Below, one piece after another: positions 1-9,992 of a DNA stretch of 64,000 nt. Position 1 is the stretch's first letter. Every line of letters starts with the position of its first letter. Made by a program: the position numbers and the translations under genes. The notes under the pieces are model-generated. The model was not told the DNA's origin, searched no databases, and saw nothing but the letters and a program-made list of their open reading frames with translations. This stretch comes from a virus: positions 4,002 through 68,001 of the IMG/VR virus record IMGVR_UViG_3300021197_000245. The stretch is one strand, 5' to 3'.

Positions 1-82
1 GCCAATTATGATTATATTCGCTATTTTTATTCTTTTAATTGCTAATCATATTTAAAAACTAAAGAACATTTAAAGCCGATTT

Positions 83-107
83 AAGCCCCGTTTAGCGGGG
101 CTTTTTT
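83..107 (+). terminator. Rho-independent terminator
   Basis: AAGCCCCG-TTTAG-CGGGGCTT followed by a T tract, downstream of a truncated hydrophobic ORF ending at 55. Confidence 0.75.
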
Positions 108-606
108 CTTGCCCGATCTAATCAGTATTAAATAGTTAAACAAGCCCGCCACGGCCGACCAGACACAGCTCCAAACGTATGGCCGGTGAATCATGTATTA
201 ATATAAATGTTTTAATGGGTACTGTTGGAGATCCGCAAGCCGTGGGACGTGGAACTAATACCAGTAATTATAGCCCACGATCTAATCCCGGTTAACAGCT
301 GTTAAAGATTTAAACCCCGGGGAACAGCTGACAAGATCCGCAAGACATCAGGACGGGTTAAAGAGCAGCTCTTTTTATAATACCTGATCCGTGATTCTAG
401 CCCCGCCAATCAGCTGTAAAACGTGAAGGAAAAATTAAAAATAATAAAATTGCTTCATCAATTATTTAAAAAAATGATGAAGGTACCCTATCCAATAGAG
501 GCTAAAAAACTATAAAAAAAACAGTTGACAACAAAAACGAATCGGGGCCCACAGGTTTTCTGCACAAGGGCATGTGCCAAGTTTTTCACAAACAATTATA
601 AATAAT

Positions 607-634
607 TTGATATAGTCGTTAACTATATTATAAT
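607..634 (+). promoter_or_regulatory. Putative sigma70 promoter for terL
   Basis: TTGATA-16 nt-TATAAT about 45 nt upstream of the terL ATG; AT-rich context lowers certainty. Confidence 0.4.
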
Positions 635-677
635 AAACCATAAATCGCATATAATTTTAAGTTAAAGGGACCCCTAT

Positions 678-2132
678 ATGGATGGTACAATGCAAGACGA
701 AAGGCTCTTAAAACTCGAACTAAGATTAGCTCAGTTAGAGAAGAACGAAGAGTGCCAAAAAACATTTTTAACTTTTGTAAAAAGTATCTGGCCGAGCTTT
801 ATTCAAGGTAGGCACCATGAGATAATTGCAGAAAAATTAGAAAGAGTAGCTAGGGGTGAATTAAAAAGATTAATAATCAACATGGCACCGCGACACACGA
901 AATCTGAGTTTGCATCCTTTTTGTTTCCGGCGTGGATGATGGGCCGCAGCCCGAACATGAAGATCATTCAGGCCACACATACGACAGAGCTTGCTGTTAA
1001 TTTTGGTAGAAAGGTCAAGAACCTTTTGGAGACGGACGAGTTCAAGACAGTATTTCCAGATGTAAGCTTGGCGGTAGACAGTAAAGCGTCCGGAAGATGG
1101 GATACGAATAAGGGTGGTATGTATTATGCGGTGGGTGTTGGCTCGAACTTAGCTGGTCGTGGTGGAGATTTAATCATAATCGATGATCCTCACTCGGAAC
1201 AGACGGCTATGAGTAACAATGGTTTTGAAGATGCGTGGGATTGGTATACTGGGGGCCCCCGACAGAGGCTCCAGCCGGGAGGTAGTATAGTTATAGTTCA
1301 AACGAGGTGGTCAGAAAAGGATTTGACGGGTCAGTTGGTTCGCTCAATGGCAAAGGATCCCCTAGCGGATCAGTGGGAGATAGTGGAATTACCTGCTATT
1401 TTTGATAATGGGGAACCTTGTTGGCCTGAATATTGGAGTTTAGATGATTTAACGGCGGTAAAAGCGTCTATTCCGCCTAGTAAATGGAATGCACAGTACC
1501 AGCAGCAGCCTACTGGTGAAGAAAATGCGATAATTAAGAGAGAATGGTGGCGGAAATGGGAGAAAAAGAGTGTTCCTAACCTACAATATGTGATTCAAAG
1601 CTATGATACGGCTTTCTCGAAACGTGAAACGGCTGACTTTAGTGCGATAACGACATGGGGAGTGTTTTATCCAGAGGAAGTAGGGGGTCAACCTGCTTTA
1701 ATTTTGCTTGATAGTGTGAAAGACAGGTGGGATTTCCCGGAATTGAAGAATATTGCCTTAGAGCAGTATAATTATTGGGACCCCGAGACAGTAATTATAG
1801 AAGCGAAGGCTACGGGGCTGCCGCTCACACATGAATTGCGTAATATGGGAATACCTGTTGTTAACTTTACACCGAGTAAAGGTAATGATAAGGTATCGAG
1901 AGTACATGCGGTGTCTCCTTTGTTTGAAGCAGGGATGGTTTGGGTCCCTGACGAGACTTTCGCGGATGAGATGATAGAAGAGGTTGCAGCTTTTCCAAAT
2001 GGAGAGTATGATGACCTTGTGGATAGCATGACACAGGCCTTAATGCGCTATCGTCAAGGTAATTTTGTACAGCTACCGACTGACGATTGGGAAGAAGGCG
2101 ATGGGTCGGCTCAGGTAAGGGCTTATTATTGA
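678..2132 (+). CDS. terL: Terminase large subunit
   Basis: Walker A-like INMAPRHTKSE, Walker B LIIIDDPH, C-terminal RNase H-like nuclease motifs SYDTAF and DDLVDSMTQA. Confidence 0.95.
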   Translation: MDGTMQDERLLKLELRLAQLEKNEECQKTFLTFVKSIWPSFIQGRHHEIIAEKLERVARGELKRLIINMAPRHTKSEFASFLFPAWMMGRSPNMKIIQATHTTELAVNFGRKVKNLLETDEFKTVFPDVSLAVDSKASGRWDTNKGGMYYAVGVGSNLAGRGGDLIIIDDPHSEQTAMSNNGFEDAWDWYTGGPRQRLQPGGSIVIVQTRWSEKDLTGQLVRSMAKDPLADQWEIVELPAIFDNGEPCWPEYWSLDDLTAVKASIPPSKWNAQYQQQPTGEENAIIKREWWRKWEKKSVPNLQYVIQSYDTAFSKRETADFSAITTWGVFYPEEVGGQPALILLDSVKDRWDFPELKNIALEQYNYWDPETVIIEAKATGLPLTHELRNMGIPVVNFTPSKGNDKVSRVHAVSPLFEAGMVWVPDETFADEMIEEVAAFPNGEYDDLVDSMTQALMRYRQGNFVQLPTDDWEEGDGSAQVRAYY

Positions 2133-2139
2133 GGTGAAC

Positions 2140-2601
2140 ATGGCTGATAGTGTAGTACGCAACGCAACTAAAGAAGACGATTCTAATATTGGTTATGATG
2201 ATATTGTAAGGATGTTAGAAGAAGACCCATATGCGTTGGATCCTCTGGATCAAGATACTACGACAGCTCCTGAAGAATTTGACGAGCCTATGGAAGAAAT
2301 AGGTAAGAAACTTTTTCAATTCGATGGTAGCGAGTCAGAAGGCGGCTTGGCGGATGCTCCTTTAGGTGGTATTGATCTGTTGAACACTAACTACGTCAAA
2401 CCAAAGTATATACCTTTGGAATATGGCGGGTCCCCCGGAATAGAGAGTATAATGAAGAAAACCACTATTGAGATGCAGGAGATACCTGCTGACAGAAAGA
2501 TGTTGGTAATGAACCGCATCATGAAACAAGGTGGTGTAACCCAATCCCGCGACCCACGGCTCATGGCTCAGTTAGCACAGGTTCTTGGAAGAGATGGCTA
2601 A
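2140..2601 (+). CDS. Hypothetical acidic protein, possibly head-internal
   Basis: ORF with GAGG RBS between terL and the next gene; carries GG motifs. Confidence 0.7.
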   Translation: MADSVVRNATKEDDSNIGYDDIVRMLEEDPYALDPLDQDTTTAPEEFDEPMEEIGKKLFQFDGSESEGGLADAPLGGIDLLNTNYVKPKYIPLEYGGSPGIESIMKKTTIEMQEIPADRKMLVMNRIMKQGGVTQSRDPRLMAQLAQVLGRDG

Positions 2602-4363
2602 AGATCAAATAAATTATGAAGATGACTTTACGGTTGAGGACGAGACCGCTTTATCTCGTTTAGAGGAACGGGACAGGGCCCCCGAAGTTAGTTCAGGGGA
2701 CATATACAAGACAGGTGCCTATGCGGGTATGATGTTACCGTCTGCGGGTATCGCAGACTACTTTGGACAATACCCTAATCCTGAAAAAGCAGGAACGCTT
2801 CTTCCTTCTTTTGATGAAAATGTGAACAAAGGTGAATACTTTAATGCGGCCATGCAGTTCTTAGGAGCTGCGGGAGATGCTTCGTATACAATACCTACAA
2901 TAGGGACTGTTACAGGCACAGGGTTAAAAGCGTTAGCTCTTGGAGGTAAGTTATCAAAAGTGCAACTATCTAAGTTAATGGATGGTATTGGTGCCTATAT
3001 GACTAAGACGAATGATCCGATGCTTGCCGTGTCAGGCGGTCCTGATCTTAACATGGGACCCTCGATTACAAAAATGGAAGGTCCTCCTTCTAGTGGAGGG
3101 TCTAACATTACGCAGGACTTAAATCTAGGTTCAGGGAGTTTATTCAGTCCTGAAGTCAAAAAGGGTCGTAAACTTTTGATTGTGTCTTGTAGCGCAGATA
3201 AATGTCCAGATCCTGGAGATATGGAGGCTTTTGATCGTTATACAGGTGATATGTATAAAACTATTAAGAAAGCAGGGGTCCCAGAAGAGAATGTAGATTT
3301 AGCTATTATGTCGGCTAAGTATGGGCTTATAAGAAGAGACACAAAGATACCAAATTACAATGTAAAGATGAATAAGAAGATAGCAAAAAATCTTTTAAAT
3401 GATTCTGATCAGGTAAATCGTATTAAAAATACAATAGATGGTTATGATGAGGTTGTTGTAGAAGGTTCCAACTTATACAAGGGTGTGATCAAAGAGGCAG
3501 CTGGAGACGTTCCTTTAAGAGATTTTAAAATAGATTATGAGAAGAACTTACCAGAGGGTGAGCGCAGTAACTATGGTTCAGGTAGACAAAAGCAGTCTGT
3601 AGGAAATTTTCTAAGGTCTAATACTCCGCAAGAAGTATTTCATTACACTCCTGATGTAGAGTTAGGGTTTACAGTTTTTAATCCAGACAAAGCTTCTAAT
3701 GCTTTAGATGCTCTCGGTACACATGTTGGTACAAAAAAAGCTGCTTCGGATAGGTTTATGGCTTTAGAAGGTAAGGCTATAGCAAATAACTCACAGTTTG
3801 TAACTGGTAATGTTGGTAAAGATGAAGCAGGTAATTTTATTCGCCGTACCACTCGTGGAGGCACATATCCTTTAAAAGCTGATGTAAGTAAACCCTATAC
3901 CCCTGATAAGTTTTATGAAGGACAAGTAAGCGGAATTGGTCCTAGTAAAGAAGTTTGGGGTGAGTCAGATATTTATGGTCATCTTCTTGATGAATATAAT
4001 AAAAACCGTAGCACTAGATACACTATGAGATCTATGGTTGGAGACGAGCCCGACTTTCCTTTTAGTGACTTTCGTAAGTTTATTGGCGAGTTTAGACTAA
4101 AATTAGCTGAAGATGGTTTTACGCATTTGCCTTATTATAATGAAGTTGAAGATTATGGTTCTATCTCTTATGTTATGTTGACGGACAGACCTAAAGGTGG
4201 CAAAGCTGTCCTGAAGGGAAAGTTTGGTAAAAACGATCCGAGAGAAAGAACAAACCCAGACATTATGAAAGAGGATGGCGGTGTGGTATCTTTGAAAGAC
4301 AAAGCGGTCAACATGCACCGCGGCCCACGAGGCATTGAATATTATATGCAATCTGTGGTATAG
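2594..4363 (+). CDS. Multidomain protein: YaaA/DUF6884-like domain plus ADP-ribosyltransferase-like (ART-PolyVal-type) domain
   Basis: LLIVSCSADK..AFDRYTG..Y..IMSAKYGLI..I.NYNVKM resembles DUF6884/YaaA; VFHYT..F..F..GTHVGT..AA.DR..YPL resembles the polyvalent-protein ART fold. Confidence 0.6.
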   Translation: MAKDQINYEDDFTVEDETALSRLEERDRAPEVSSGDIYKTGAYAGMMLPSAGIADYFGQYPNPEKAGTLLPSFDENVNKGEYFNAAMQFLGAAGDASYTIPTIGTVTGTGLKALALGGKLSKVQLSKLMDGIGAYMTKTNDPMLAVSGGPDLNMGPSITKMEGPPSSGGSNITQDLNLGSGSLFSPEVKKGRKLLIVSCSADKCPDPGDMEAFDRYTGDMYKTIKKAGVPEENVDLAIMSAKYGLIRRDTKIPNYNVKMNKKIAKNLLNDSDQVNRIKNTIDGYDEVVVEGSNLYKGVIKEAAGDVPLRDFKIDYEKNLPEGERSNYGSGRQKQSVGNFLRSNTPQEVFHYTPDVELGFTVFNPDKASNALDALGTHVGTKKAASDRFMALEGKAIANNSQFVTGNVGKDEAGNFIRRTTRGGTYPLKADVSKPYTPDKFYEGQVSGIGPSKEVWGESDIYGHLLDEYNKNRSTRYTMRSMVGDEPDFPFSDFRKFIGEFRLKLAEDGFTHLPYYNEVEDYGSISYVMLTDRPKGGKAVLKGKFGKNDPRERTNPDIMKEDGGVVSLKDKAVNMHRGPRGIEYYMQSVV

Positions 4364-4364
4364 T
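4335..4364 (+). promoter_or_regulatory. Putative sigma70 promoter for the portal operon
   Basis: TTGAAT-18 nt-TATAGT with an extended TGn -10, followed by AAGGAG RBS and ATG 4383. Confidence 0.5.
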
Positions 4365-4382
4365 ACCTGAAAGGAGAATTAC

Positions 4383-6803
4383 ATGGCAAGAGAACCAATA
4401 GGCAGCATGATGGAAAATGTCCCATCTCAATTAGATGAGGATGAATTAGCTGCTGAAGTAGAAATAGAGATGCCTGACAGTCTTGACATGGGACCTATCC
4501 CAGAAGACGTGGAGATTATGGAAGAAGATGATGGAAGTGTTGTCGTTGATTTTGAGCCACGAGATCAACGAGGCACGACTGAAGACTTCTATGCCAACTT
4601 AGCTGAAGAGATGCCTGATGGTTTACTTGGAAAGATTGCGAGTGAGCTGACAGGTGAGTTTGACGAGAATAAGAGCGGTAGACAGGAGTGGGAAGATGCT
4701 TTCGCCAATGGTTTGGAATTACTTGGATTTAGCTACGAGGAGAGATCACAGCCCTTCAGAGGTGCGAGTGGGGTTACTCACCCGCTTTTGGCGGAATCGG
4801 CAACGCAGTTTCAAGCCCAAGCCTTCAATGAGTTGTTGCCTCCCACTGGACCCGTGCGAACTACCGTGCTTGGATCAAGCACTCCTGAAAAGGAAGACCA
4901 AGCCCAACGAGTAAAGGAGTTTATGAACTACTACATAACTTGTGTTATGGAAGAGTACACTCCTGAATTAGATCAGATGTTATTTTATTTACCGTTAGCG
5001 GGTAGTACGTTTAAGAAAGTTTATTATGATGAGAACTTAGAACGAGCTGTAAGTAAGTTTGTTCCAGCTGAGAATTTGATTGTACCTTACAACACCACGG
5101 ATCTGGAAACTTGTCCTAATATTACTCAAGTTTTGAAACTGAGCTTAAATGATTTAAGAAAGCGGCAAGTTGCTGGTTTTTACAGGGACATTCCTGTTAT
5201 ACCTGCACAGGGCGAATCGGGAGCCCTGAACGATGAGCTAGAAAGAATAGATGGAATGTATCCATCTCAGATAAATTATGACTGCACTTTATTAGAATGT
5301 CATGTTGATCTGGATCTTGAGGGTTATGAGGAGCTAGACGAGGACGGTGAGCCGACAGGCATAAAAGTTCCTTATATTGTCACTCTTTCTCAGGATAATG
5401 GCCAAATTCTGTCGATTCGCAGGAATTTCAGGGAAGACGATGCAAAGAAGTCTAAGATACAATATTTTGTACATTACAAGTTTCTTCCGGGTTTTGGTTT
5501 CTATGGACTAGGACTAATACATACAATCGGTGGTTTATCGCGAACCGCGACTGCTGCACTAAGGCAGTTGATTGATGCAGGCACGTTATCGAACTTACCA
5601 GCAGGTTTCAAGGCCCGCGGCCTACGGATCAGGGATGATGACGAGCCCTTACAGCCGGGAGAGTTTAGGGATGTAGATGCTCCGGGTGGTGATATAAAAG
5701 CAAGTTTAATGTCATTGCCCTTCAAGGGACCCGATCAGACCTTAATGCAGTTACTAGGCTTTGTAGTTGATGCGGGACAACGATTCGCTACCATAACGGA
5801 CTTGAAAGTAGGCGATGGTAATCAACAGGCAGCTGTGGGCACGACTATAGCGATGTTGGAACAGGGCTCACGGGTCATGTCTGCGGTGCATAAGAGATTA
5901 CATTATGCGATGAAATTAGAGTTCAAGCTCTTATCTAAGGTGATGTCTGAGTTTTTACCGGACGAGTATCCTTACACAATAACGGGTGTTGATGGCAGTA
6001 TAAGAAGACAGGATTTTGATGACAGGGTAGATGTACTTCCTGTTTCTAATCCGAATGTATTCAGTCAGGCACAGAGGATATCTTTGGCTCAGACTAAGAT
6101 GCAGTTAGCTACGTCAGCTCCTGATATGCACAACATGTATGAAGTGTTTAGGGACATGTATGAGGCTTTGGGTGTCAGAGATATAGACCGGGTCTTGAAG
6201 AGAACACCAGAGCCGGAGGCTATACCAAAGGATCCTGCTCAGGAGAACATAGATGTTTTGGATCAGATTAAGCTTACTGTTTTTGAGGGTCAGTCTCATG
6301 AAGCACATATAATGGCACACATGGTTTTTGGATCTACACCTCTTGTAGCTCAGTCTCCACAGATGGCGGTGGCGTTACAGAAGCACATAATGGAACACGT
6401 TAAGATTGGAGCTCGTGAAAGAGCAGCTGTTGACTTAATACAAATGGGAGGTGGTCAGGCTATATCTGAAGAACAGATGATTGATATGGAAGCGAAGACC
6501 GCTCAATATGTTGCAGAAGGTATGTCTCAGTTAAAATCTCTAAGTGCTCAATTAAGTGGAGCTGGTCAGCCGGATCCTTTAGTACAGTTGAAAGAGAAAG
6601 AATTACAACTAAAGGCGCAAGCAGAACAGAATGATTCTCAGGTAGACAGGGCTAAACTAGGGCTTGAAGAGAAGAAGGTCGAGCAGAGAAGCGAGCAGTT
6701 TGATAAGCGAATACAGAGCTCTGAGAGTATAGCTAAGGCTAGAATTGATTCGTCTATGCAACGTGAATTATTAAAACAACAAAACAACCAAGGAGGTCAG
6801 TGA
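4383..6803 (+). CDS. Portal protein
   Basis: 806 aa after terL; HPLLAES..QFQA, GSTFKKVYYD and FLPGFGFYGLGLIH motifs, coiled-coil C-terminus typical of podovirus portals. Confidence 0.9.
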   Translation: MAREPIGSMMENVPSQLDEDELAAEVEIEMPDSLDMGPIPEDVEIMEEDDGSVVVDFEPRDQRGTTEDFYANLAEEMPDGLLGKIASELTGEFDENKSGRQEWEDAFANGLELLGFSYEERSQPFRGASGVTHPLLAESATQFQAQAFNELLPPTGPVRTTVLGSSTPEKEDQAQRVKEFMNYYITCVMEEYTPELDQMLFYLPLAGSTFKKVYYDENLERAVSKFVPAENLIVPYNTTDLETCPNITQVLKLSLNDLRKRQVAGFYRDIPVIPAQGESGALNDELERIDGMYPSQINYDCTLLECHVDLDLEGYEELDEDGEPTGIKVPYIVTLSQDNGQILSIRRNFREDDAKKSKIQYFVHYKFLPGFGFYGLGLIHTIGGLSRTATAALRQLIDAGTLSNLPAGFKARGLRIRDDDEPLQPGEFRDVDAPGGDIKASLMSLPFKGPDQTLMQLLGFVVDAGQRFATITDLKVGDGNQQAAVGTTIAMLEQGSRVMSAVHKRLHYAMKLEFKLLSKVMSEFLPDEYPYTITGVDGSIRRQDFDDRVDVLPVSNPNVFSQAQRISLAQTKMQLATSAPDMHNMYEVFRDMYEALGVRDIDRVLKRTPEPEAIPKDPAQENIDVLDQIKLTVFEGQSHEAHIMAHMVFGSTPLVAQSPQMAVALQKHIMEHVKIGARERAAVDLIQMGGGQAISEEQMIDMEAKTAQYVAEGMSQLKSLSAQLSGAGQPDPLVQLKEKELQLKAQAEQNDSQVDRAKLGLEEKKVEQRSEQFDKRIQSSESIAKARIDSSMQRELLKQQNNQGGQ

Positions 6804-6979
6804 TGGCAAAAAAAGGAAACGGCACAAGCGTGGTTAATTTAGGGGCAGGTGGTTTAAAGGATCTGACCAAAAGAATAATTGGTGCAAAGATTGGATCTGA
6901 TTTAAGTGGAGGCTCAATAACGGGCTCTGCTATGGGAGCAAAATTAATTTTAGGGAAAAACGGAAAGAAAGGCAAATAG
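6803..6979 (+). CDS. Small basic Gly/Lys-rich protein (58 aa)
   Basis: ATG overlaps the portal stop, AGGAGG RBS; translated by hand (MAKKGNGTSVVNLGAGG...). Confidence 0.55.
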   Translation: MAKKGNGTSVVNLGAGGLKDLTKRIIGAKIGSDLSGGSITGSAMGAKLILGKNGKKGK

Positions 6980-6981
6980 CT

Positions 6982-7176
6982 ATGGCTAAAGCAGGTGATA
7001 AAAGAAGTGAGAAGGAACTAAGAAAAGAATTTTTTGATGGTCCTGCCTCAGATTCTATGAGCTTTGAGCAGTTTTTAATAAGAGAAGGTCACGGAGATAA
7101 AGTAAAACCTGTTAAAATGGCGGATGGTGGGGAGGTTTTTGCTCCTAATTCTGACTATTACAAGGATCTTCTTTAG
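6982..7176 (+). CDS. Hypothetical protein with MADGGEV motif
   Basis: Tightly packed ORF in the operon. Confidence 0.65.
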   Translation: MAKAGDKRSEKELRKEFFDGPASDSMSFEQFLIREGHGDKVKPVKMADGGEVFAPNSDYYKDLL

Positions 7177-7178
7177 AG

Positions 7179-7376
7179 GTGACCGCATTTCTTTTGGCAT
7201 GTACTTTAAATGGAATAGCCACGGGTGGTATTCACTTTGAAGATGTCAATATCTGCATAGGTTTTAAAGACAAACTAAACAATCAATCTTTTATGAAAGA
7301 CAATACGCCGCAAAGATATGAATGTATGTGTAAGTTAGTGCCTTTCGTAGACAAAGAGAAAGTGAGGGTTTACTAA
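7179..7376 (+). CDS. Small Cys-containing hypothetical protein
   Basis: GAGG-GTG start, hydrophobic N-terminus, 4 Cys. Confidence 0.6.
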   Translation: MTAFLLACTLNGIATGGIHFEDVNICIGFKDKLNNQSFMKDNTPQRYECMCKLVPFVDKEKVRVY

Positions 7377-7585
7377 TGACAGAAGAAAAAAAGAAATTAA
7401 TAAATTTAGACATTGGTCAAAACAGTTTTGAATTATCCTTGAGAATATTAGGGAATGAATTTGTTGCAATAAAAATTGGTTCTACTAACTTTAGCGGCAA
7501 ACTAATAGCTGGTGGTATTTTATTATTATTTTTTACCTTAGTTTTGTTAGAAGGCTTTGGTTTAAATGAGGTGTTGAAACAATGA
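7376..7585 (+). CDS. Small membrane protein
   Basis: C-terminal hydrophobic helix; stop/start overlap. Confidence 0.65.
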   Translation: MTEEKKKLINLDIGQNSFELSLRILGNEFVAIKIGSTNFSGKLIAGGILLLFFTLVLLEGFGLNEVLKQ

Positions 7586-7818
7586 ATGTAGAGACTTTTC
7601 TGAGGTGGAAAATCCTCCCAAGGTTAATGATGCTCGCCAGTACAGTTATGTCTTGGAGATGTGCTGAATGGTTTATGGAATTGGATTCTCCTACTGCCGC
7701 TCAGTCAGCTTTTGTATCTGTGGTTATGGGTGTAATGACAGGTGTGTTTGGTATATGGATGGGTCACGAACATAAAGGAGATAATAATGTTAACAGCATT
7801 GATAGGACCGGTAAGTAA
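7582..7818 (+). CDS. Small two-TM membrane protein
   Basis: Two hydrophobic segments; ATGA overlap. Confidence 0.65.
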   Translation: MNVETFLRWKILPRLMMLASTVMSWRCAEWFMELDSPTAAQSAFVSVVMGVMTGVFGIWMGHEHKGDNNVNSIDRTGK

Positions 7819-8182
7819 TTTACTTGGTAAGTTTATAGAAGACAAAGACATGAAGAATAAGTTGGCACATGAGGTGGCAACTATGGCAGAGAATCATGCA
7901 CAGGAACTAGCTAAAGGTCAGCTAGATATAAACAAAGCAGAAGCTCAACACAAGTCAATCTTTGTGGCGGGCTGGCGACCCTTTATCGGTTGGACTTGTG
8001 GTGTAGCACTGTGTTGGCATTTTGTCTTAGCACCTGTTACTATGTTTGTGTGTGCATATTTGTCTGTGCAAATACCCGAATTGCCAACTTTTGATATGGG
8101 TTCACTTATGACAGTTTTGATGGGAATGCTCGGATTGGGCGGTTTGAGGACATATGAAAAGCAAAAGGGTTTAACCAAATGA
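7787..8182 (+). CDS. Putative holin (3TM GTA-holin-like), copy 1
   Basis: EAQHKSIFVAGWRPFIGW..LMGMLGLGGLRTYEK signature; AAGGAG RBS before ATG 7787. Confidence 0.8.
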   Translation: MLTALIGPVSNLLGKFIEDKDMKNKLAHEVATMAENHAQELAKGQLDINKAEAQHKSIFVAGWRPFIGWTCGVALCWHFVLAPVTMFVCAYLSVQIPELPTFDMGSLMTVLMGMLGLGGLRTYEKQKGLTK

Positions 8183-8192
8183 AAATGAAGAT

Positions 8193-8294
8193 ATGATTCG
8201 TTTAAACTTAGAATTGTCAAAGTTTTTTTGTAAAATAGGTAATTATTTTTATAGAAAACATGTTACGGGGTTGAGACGTGTCCAAGGACGTTGA
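8193..8294 (+). CDS. 33-aa basic peptide, copy 1
   Basis: MIRLNLELSKFFCKIGNYFYRKHVTGLRRVQGR; homologous to 25850-25951. Confidence 0.6.
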   Translation: MIRLNLELSKFFCKIGNYFYRKHVTGLRRVQGR

Positions 8295-8439
8295 ACTTTG
8301 TTATATTCACAAGATGGCTCTTCAAGAAAATATTGTTGAAGAACCGGTGCCTTTTGCAGGAATTATAAAATTTGTTGAATATAGATGTCCCTTGTGTCAG
8401 ACTACGTTAGATGATATAGAAAGATATACGATAGAATAA
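8278..8439 (+). CDS. Small putative Zn-ribbon protein (53 aa)
   Basis: CYIH...CPLC pattern, GTG start; translated by hand. Confidence 0.5.
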   Translation: MSKDVELCYIHKMALQENIVEEPVPFAGIIKFVEYRCPLCQTTLDDIERYTIE

Positions 8440-8462
8440 GAAGATATTAGGTTTTTATATAA

Positions 8463-8660
8463 ATGAATGAGATTTATCTTGCACAAGCTGTATTTAGGCT
8501 TATAAAAGAAAGAAGAGAACTTATTCGTGAGACGTTAGAATTTGATAATGTAAAAGATATGATGCATTACAAGGGTCTCATGGGAGAGTTAAAGTCTTTA
8601 GATTTTTTAGATAGTGAAATAAAAAATCTTTTAGAGAAGCAAGAACAAGAGGAAGTTTAA
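8463..8660 (+). CDS. Hypothetical protein preceding GroES
   Basis: 65 aa ORF abutting groES. Confidence 0.7.
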   Translation: MNEIYLAQAVFRLIKERRELIRETLEFDNVKDMMHYKGLMGELKSLDFLDSEIKNLLEKQEQEEV

Positions 8661-9080
8661 ATGGAAACATCGGCAACAGAATTAAATGGGGCTTATGTAG
8701 ACCCAAAAGACAGAGTTTTAGACCCTAATTTAATAGAACAAAGTTTAATAGAAAGAATGCCTCAACCTACGGGTTGGAGAATACTTATTTTACCTTACAG
8801 AGGTAAAGGTAAAACCGAAGGTGGTATTTTATTACCAGATAAACTAGTAGAAGAAGGACAAGTTTCTACCCAAGTTGGTTATGTATTAAAAGTAGGATCA
8901 TTAGCGTATAAGGACACAGAAAAATTTCCAGCAGGTCCTTGGTGCGCGGAAAAAGATTGGGTAATGTTTGCCCGATATGCGGGATCTCGGTTTAAAATAG
9001 ATGGCGGAGAAGTCAGAATTTTGAATGATGACGAGATTTTAGCAAAAATTATGGACCCTGAAGACATTTTACATTATTAA
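8661..9080 (+). CDS. groES: Co-chaperonin GroES (Cpn10)
   Basis: PTGWRILI..KTEGGILLPD..G.VLKVG..YAGSRFKIDGGEVRILNDDEILA matches the Cpn10 pattern. Confidence 0.9.
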   Translation: METSATELNGAYVDPKDRVLDPNLIEQSLIERMPQPTGWRILILPYRGKGKTEGGILLPDKLVEEGQVSTQVGYVLKVGSLAYKDTEKFPAGPWCAEKDWVMFARYAGSRFKIDGGEVRILNDDEILAKIMDPEDILHY

Positions 9081-9089
9081 GAGGTAGAT

Positions 9090-9989
9090 ATGAGCGGAAA
9101 AGAAGCACAAGCAGAGTTAGACTTAGATTTAGGAGAAGAAGAAGGTCCTGATGTTGAAGTCACGGTTGAAAGTTCTACTGAAGACCAGCCGTCTGCAGAA
9201 GTTGATTCGGGGTTTGAGACTCAAGATTCTGAAGATGAGTTCAAAAAAAGTGAGAATCAAACTCAAAAGAGAATTAATCGACTTACAAAAAAGATGCGGG
9301 AAGCTGAAAAGAATGCTGAAGAAGCTACTAGGTTTGCGCAGTTAAAAGCTAAAGAAAACCAAGAACTAGCTCAAAGATTAAATCAAATGGATAACAACTA
9401 CGTTGATCAATATAGTGGTCGCGTAGAATCAGAATTAGCTCAGACAGAGTCAGCTTTGAGAAGTGCTATGGAAATTGGTGACACTGAAGCTGCTGTAGCT
9501 GCTCAGAGAAAAATGACACAGCTGGCTGTAGACGCCGATAGAGCGGCTCAGGCTAAGTTAGCTAACGAGAGAAGACAAAAGGTGGCTGCAGAACGTCCTG
9601 TTCCTCAGCAAACAGTAGCTCAACCTGCTCCAAGACCGGACCCTAAAGCAGAGAATTGGGCACAAAAGAATGATTGGTTTGGCGAAGATAGCGCCATGAC
9701 ATATGCGGCATTTGGTATTCATAAAGAACTTGTTGAGTCGGAAGGTATTGACCCGAAGAGCGATGAGTACTATGATACATTAGATAGACGTATGAAGGAA
9801 GAGTTTCCTCATAAGTTTAAAGATGGATCTCAGAGCAAGCGACCCGCCCAGACGGTTGCTTCTGTTAATAGATCCTCGGGAACTGGGCGCAGTAGTGGGA
9901 ACAAGGTTAGATTAACTCAAAGACAAGTCGCTATGGCGAAAAAACTTGGAGTAAGTCTAGAACAATACGCAAAATACGTTAAGGAGTAA
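9090..9989 (+). CDS. Putative capsid scaffolding protein
   Basis: Acidic N-terminus, long coiled coil, C-terminal LT..Q...AKKLGVSLEQYAK; located upstream of the capsid gene. Confidence 0.7.
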   Translation: MSGKEAQAELDLDLGEEEGPDVEVTVESSTEDQPSAEVDSGFETQDSEDEFKKSENQTQKRINRLTKKMREAEKNAEEATRFAQLKAKENQELAQRLNQMDNNYVDQYSGRVESELAQTESALRSAMEIGDTEAAVAAQRKMTQLAVDADRAAQAKLANERRQKVAAERPVPQQTVAQPAPRPDPKAENWAQKNDWFGEDSAMTYAAFGIHKELVESEGIDPKSDEYYDTLDRRMKEEFPHKFKDGSQSKRPAQTVASVNRSSGTGRSSGNKVRLTQRQVAMAKKLGVSLEQYAKYVKE

Positions 9990-9992
9990 AAA

